Positions 53,962-55,898 of a DNA stretch of 55,898 nt are shown piece after piece (the stretch's first letter is position 1; every line of letters starts with the position of its first letter). Both the position numbers and the translations under genes were made by a program. The notes beneath the pieces are model-generated. The model did not search any database. It had not been told where the DNA came from and saw nothing but the letters and a program-made list of their open reading frames with translations. This DNA is from Clostridia bacterium (GTDB taxonomy: Bacteria; Bacillota; Clostridia; Christensenellales; CAMQZB01): NCBI GenBank assembly GCA_045579195.1, contig JAZNLR010000065.1, forward strand, positions 1-55,898. Direction: 5' to 3'.

Positions 53962-55689
53962 ATGAAAATCAGTTATTTGGTCGGTGAAAGAACGAAGGAA
54001 AATCCGGCGGATATCAACATTCGCAGCCACGCGCTGATGGTGCGCGGTGGATTTATGAAGCAGGTGGGAAACGGGATCTTCACGTTGACCGCTCCCGCAA
54101 AGAGAATTACGCAGAAAATTGAGCGCATCATCCGCGAGGAGATGGATGCCATCGACGGGCAGGAGGTCCTGTTTCCGGTTGTCATGCCTGCGGAACTCTG
54201 GATGGAGTCCGGCCGCTTTGAGAGCATTGGAGACGAGCTCGTTCGTTTCAAAGACCGTGGCGATCGCGATATGGTTCTCGGAATGACGCACGAGGAGGCT
54301 GCAGTCCACCTTGCGCGCAACACCGTTTCGAGTTATAACCAAATGCCGTTTATGATCTATCAGATTCAGACCAAGTTCCGTGACGAGCCGCGCGCCCGTG
54401 GCGGACTGATCCGCGTCCGTGAGTTCACGATGAAGGATGCATATTCCTTCCACACCTCGCAGGAGGATCTGGAAGCGTATTATCAGCGTGTTTACGATGC
54501 GTATATCCGTATCTTTAAGCGCATTGGCATGAAGGACTTCATTGCCGTCAAGTCTGATTCCGGCATGATGGGCGGAAGTGTTGCGCATGAATATATGTTG
54601 CTCACCGAGATCGGGGAGGACACGATCGCAATCTGTCCTTCGTGTGATTACTGCGCGAATATGGAAGTGGCAGAAGGCGGCCGCCCTGCCGTGGATTACG
54701 GAACAGAAGAAGAACTCAAAGAGGTCTTCACCGGAGATGCGCATGACATCGACGAAGTTTGTAAAGCGCTTGGTGTGACGGCGGATCACACGATGAAGGC
54801 GGTTTGCTATGCTGTGAAGGGCAATGCGGATCGTGGCGTCATTGTCTTTATTCGCGGTGATCTGGAAGTCAATGAGGCGAAGCTTAAGAAGATCATCAAG
54901 GCGGACATTGTTCCCAATGACCTCAAGGACAGCGCAGAACTCTTCGCTGGAAACATTGGTGCGGTTGGTCTTTCGGTCAAGAACACTGAAATTATCTTCG
55001 ACGCATCCTTGAAGGGAGCGTATAACCTCGTTTGCGGGGCGAATAAGCCCGAGTTCCACCTCACGGGTGTCAGCGTTGCACGCGATCTTCCCAATGTGAC
55101 GTTTGCGGACGTTGCAAAGGTGCGCGCAGGGGATACTTGCCCGAAGTGCGGAGCTCCGCTCACGCTTCGCAACGGAATCGAGATCGGAAACATCTTCCAG
55201 CTCGGAACGAAGTACACAAAGTCAATGGATATGACCATCCTGGACCGTGACGGCAAGAGCATGAACCCCATCATGGGTTGTTATGGCATCGGCGTGGGAA
55301 GAGCAATGGCCTCCGTTGCGGAAGAATCGAATGATGACCGCGGAATCATCTGGCCGATGAGCATTGCTCCTTGGCACGTTTTCCTTGCGGCGCTTCGTCC
55401 TGACGATGTCAACGTGCGTGCGGTTGCAGATTCTGTTTATCAAGAGTTGCAGGCAGCGGGTGTTGAGGTTCTCTATGATGACCGTGACGTTTCGCCGGGC
55501 TTCAAGTTTGCAGACAGCGATTTGATCGGTTGCCCGATCCGCGTTGTCATCTCGCCGAGAAACCTTGCAAACGGAGAAGCTGAGCTCGTGATGAGAGACG
55601 GTTCCTTGAAGGAATTCGTCAAGATGGAAGACTTGAAGGCTCGAATTCTGGAGCTGATTGCAACAAAAACGGCAGAATTGAATAAATAA
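53962..55689 (+). CDS. proS: proline--tRNA ligase (bacterial type with INS editing domain)
   Basis: ATG 53962 after AAGGAGAAG. MKISYLVGERTKENPADINIRSHALMVRGGFMKQ..., class II motifs (FRDEPRARGGLIRVREFTMKDAYSF, GCYGIGVGR), 575 aa. Confidence 0.96.
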   Translation: MKISYLVGERTKENPADINIRSHALMVRGGFMKQVGNGIFTLTAPAKRITQKIERIIREEMDAIDGQEVLFPVVMPAELWMESGRFESIGDELVRFKDRGDRDMVLGMTHEEAAVHLARNTVSSYNQMPFMIYQIQTKFRDEPRARGGLIRVREFTMKDAYSFHTSQEDLEAYYQRVYDAYIRIFKRIGMKDFIAVKSDSGMMGGSVAHEYMLLTEIGEDTIAICPSCDYCANMEVAEGGRPAVDYGTEEELKEVFTGDAHDIDEVCKALGVTADHTMKAVCYAVKGNADRGVIVFIRGDLEVNEAKLKKIIKADIVPNDLKDSAELFAGNIGAVGLSVKNTEIIFDASLKGAYNLVCGANKPEFHLTGVSVARDLPNVTFADVAKVRAGDTCPKCGAPLTLRNGIEIGNIFQLGTKYTKSMDMTILDRDGKSMNPIMGCYGIGVGRAMASVAEESNDDRGIIWPMSIAPWHVFLAALRPDDVNVRAVADSVYQELQAAGVEVLYDDRDVSPGFKFADSDLIGCPIRVVISPRNLANGEAELVMRDGSLKEFVKMEDLKARILELIATKTAELNK

Positions 55690-55767
55690 TTGGGTTATAA
55701 CATCCTGTTCAACAAAAAAATTCTTCCCGAAAAGGGAAAAATAGTTAAAAAAAGGGCAAAAAAAGTG

Positions 55768-55796
55768 TTGACAAAGGAGAAAGGATGTGGTAATAT
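55768..55796 (+). promoter_or_regulatory. strong sigma-A promoter with an A-rich UP-like region, probably rRNA operon P1
   Basis: TTGACA (55768-55773), 17-nt spacer, TAATAT (55791-55796), preceded by aaaatagttaaaaaaagggcaaaaaaag. The downstream leader contains TTGAAAACTGAA and TGTTCTTGTCAAAAC (55876-55890), which resemble Firmicute rrn leader/boxA sequences. Confidence 0.6.
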
Positions 55797-55898
55797 ATAT
55801 AAGCTGTCGTTGGGACAGCGCTGTAAATTGAAAACTGAATGAAGGAAAAGAATTGAGAAAAGAATAACCAAAGAATGTTCTTGTCAAAACTTTGAATT

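Noticed and set aside
55876-55898. 5' end of the 16S rRNA gene
   Set aside because: The window ends (…aaaactttgaatt) before the conserved AGAGTTTGATC motif. Only the promoter and leader can be supported.

Overview
This is a 55.9-kb chromosomal window from a Bacillota genome. It looks Clostridia-like and endospore-forming, because sigH, bofA and a cwlD-like gene are present. By eye the GC content is roughly 50%. Coding is almost entirely on the + strand and is dominated by housekeeping genes of the kind that sit near the origin in Firmicutes.

Gene order, left to right:
- a partial membrane protein and a sugar-phosphate isomerase (both -)
- an orphan holin-like gene pair
- a fused MacB-type ABC ATPase/permease
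- metK
- recD2-comFC-secA-prfB-tsaD, with the programmed +1 frameshift in prfB
- an aminotransferase plus an Re-citrate-synthase-like HMGL enzyme
- a 135-aa mini P-loop protein
- thrC
- a GH63-like glycosidase followed by a roughly 200-nt multi-hairpin region
- a trypsin-like protease and a PRC-barrel protein (both -)
- a DEDD exonuclease (apparently leaderless) plus an AEC transporter
- a cluster of SPFH/zinc-ribbon protein, DUF1858, double-zinc-ribbon membrane protein and Ig-fold lipoprotein
- the complete S10-spc-alpha ribosomal supercluster rpsJ to rplQ, including secY, adk, map, a KOW protein, infA, rpmJ and rpoA
- a DnaA-box cluster
- a cwlD-like amidase
- a beta-propeller glycosidase-like protein
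- mrnC-thyX-rlmB-sigH
- dnaX-ybaB-recR
- bofA (-)
- a cobalamin riboswitch controlling a DUF4430 protein plus an ECF S-component
- a proline T-box plus proS
- a strong promoter and leader at the right edge that looks like the start of an rRNA operon

I see no tRNA, no complete rRNA, no CRISPR array, no transposase or integrase, and no recognisable defence system. Nothing here can be called a new system from sequence alone. The best candidates for follow-up are:
- the PspA-less SPFH/zinc-ribbon cluster (24.4-27.9 kb)
- the non-origin DnaA-box cluster (44.46-44.58 kb)
- the multi-hairpin region after the glycosidase (20.9-21.1 kb)
- the orphan holin-like pair (1.4-2.1 kb)
- the mini P-loop protein upstream of thrC
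- several unusually long structured spacers inside the ribosomal operons

All homology statements are my own reading of the translated ORFs. No database search was run.
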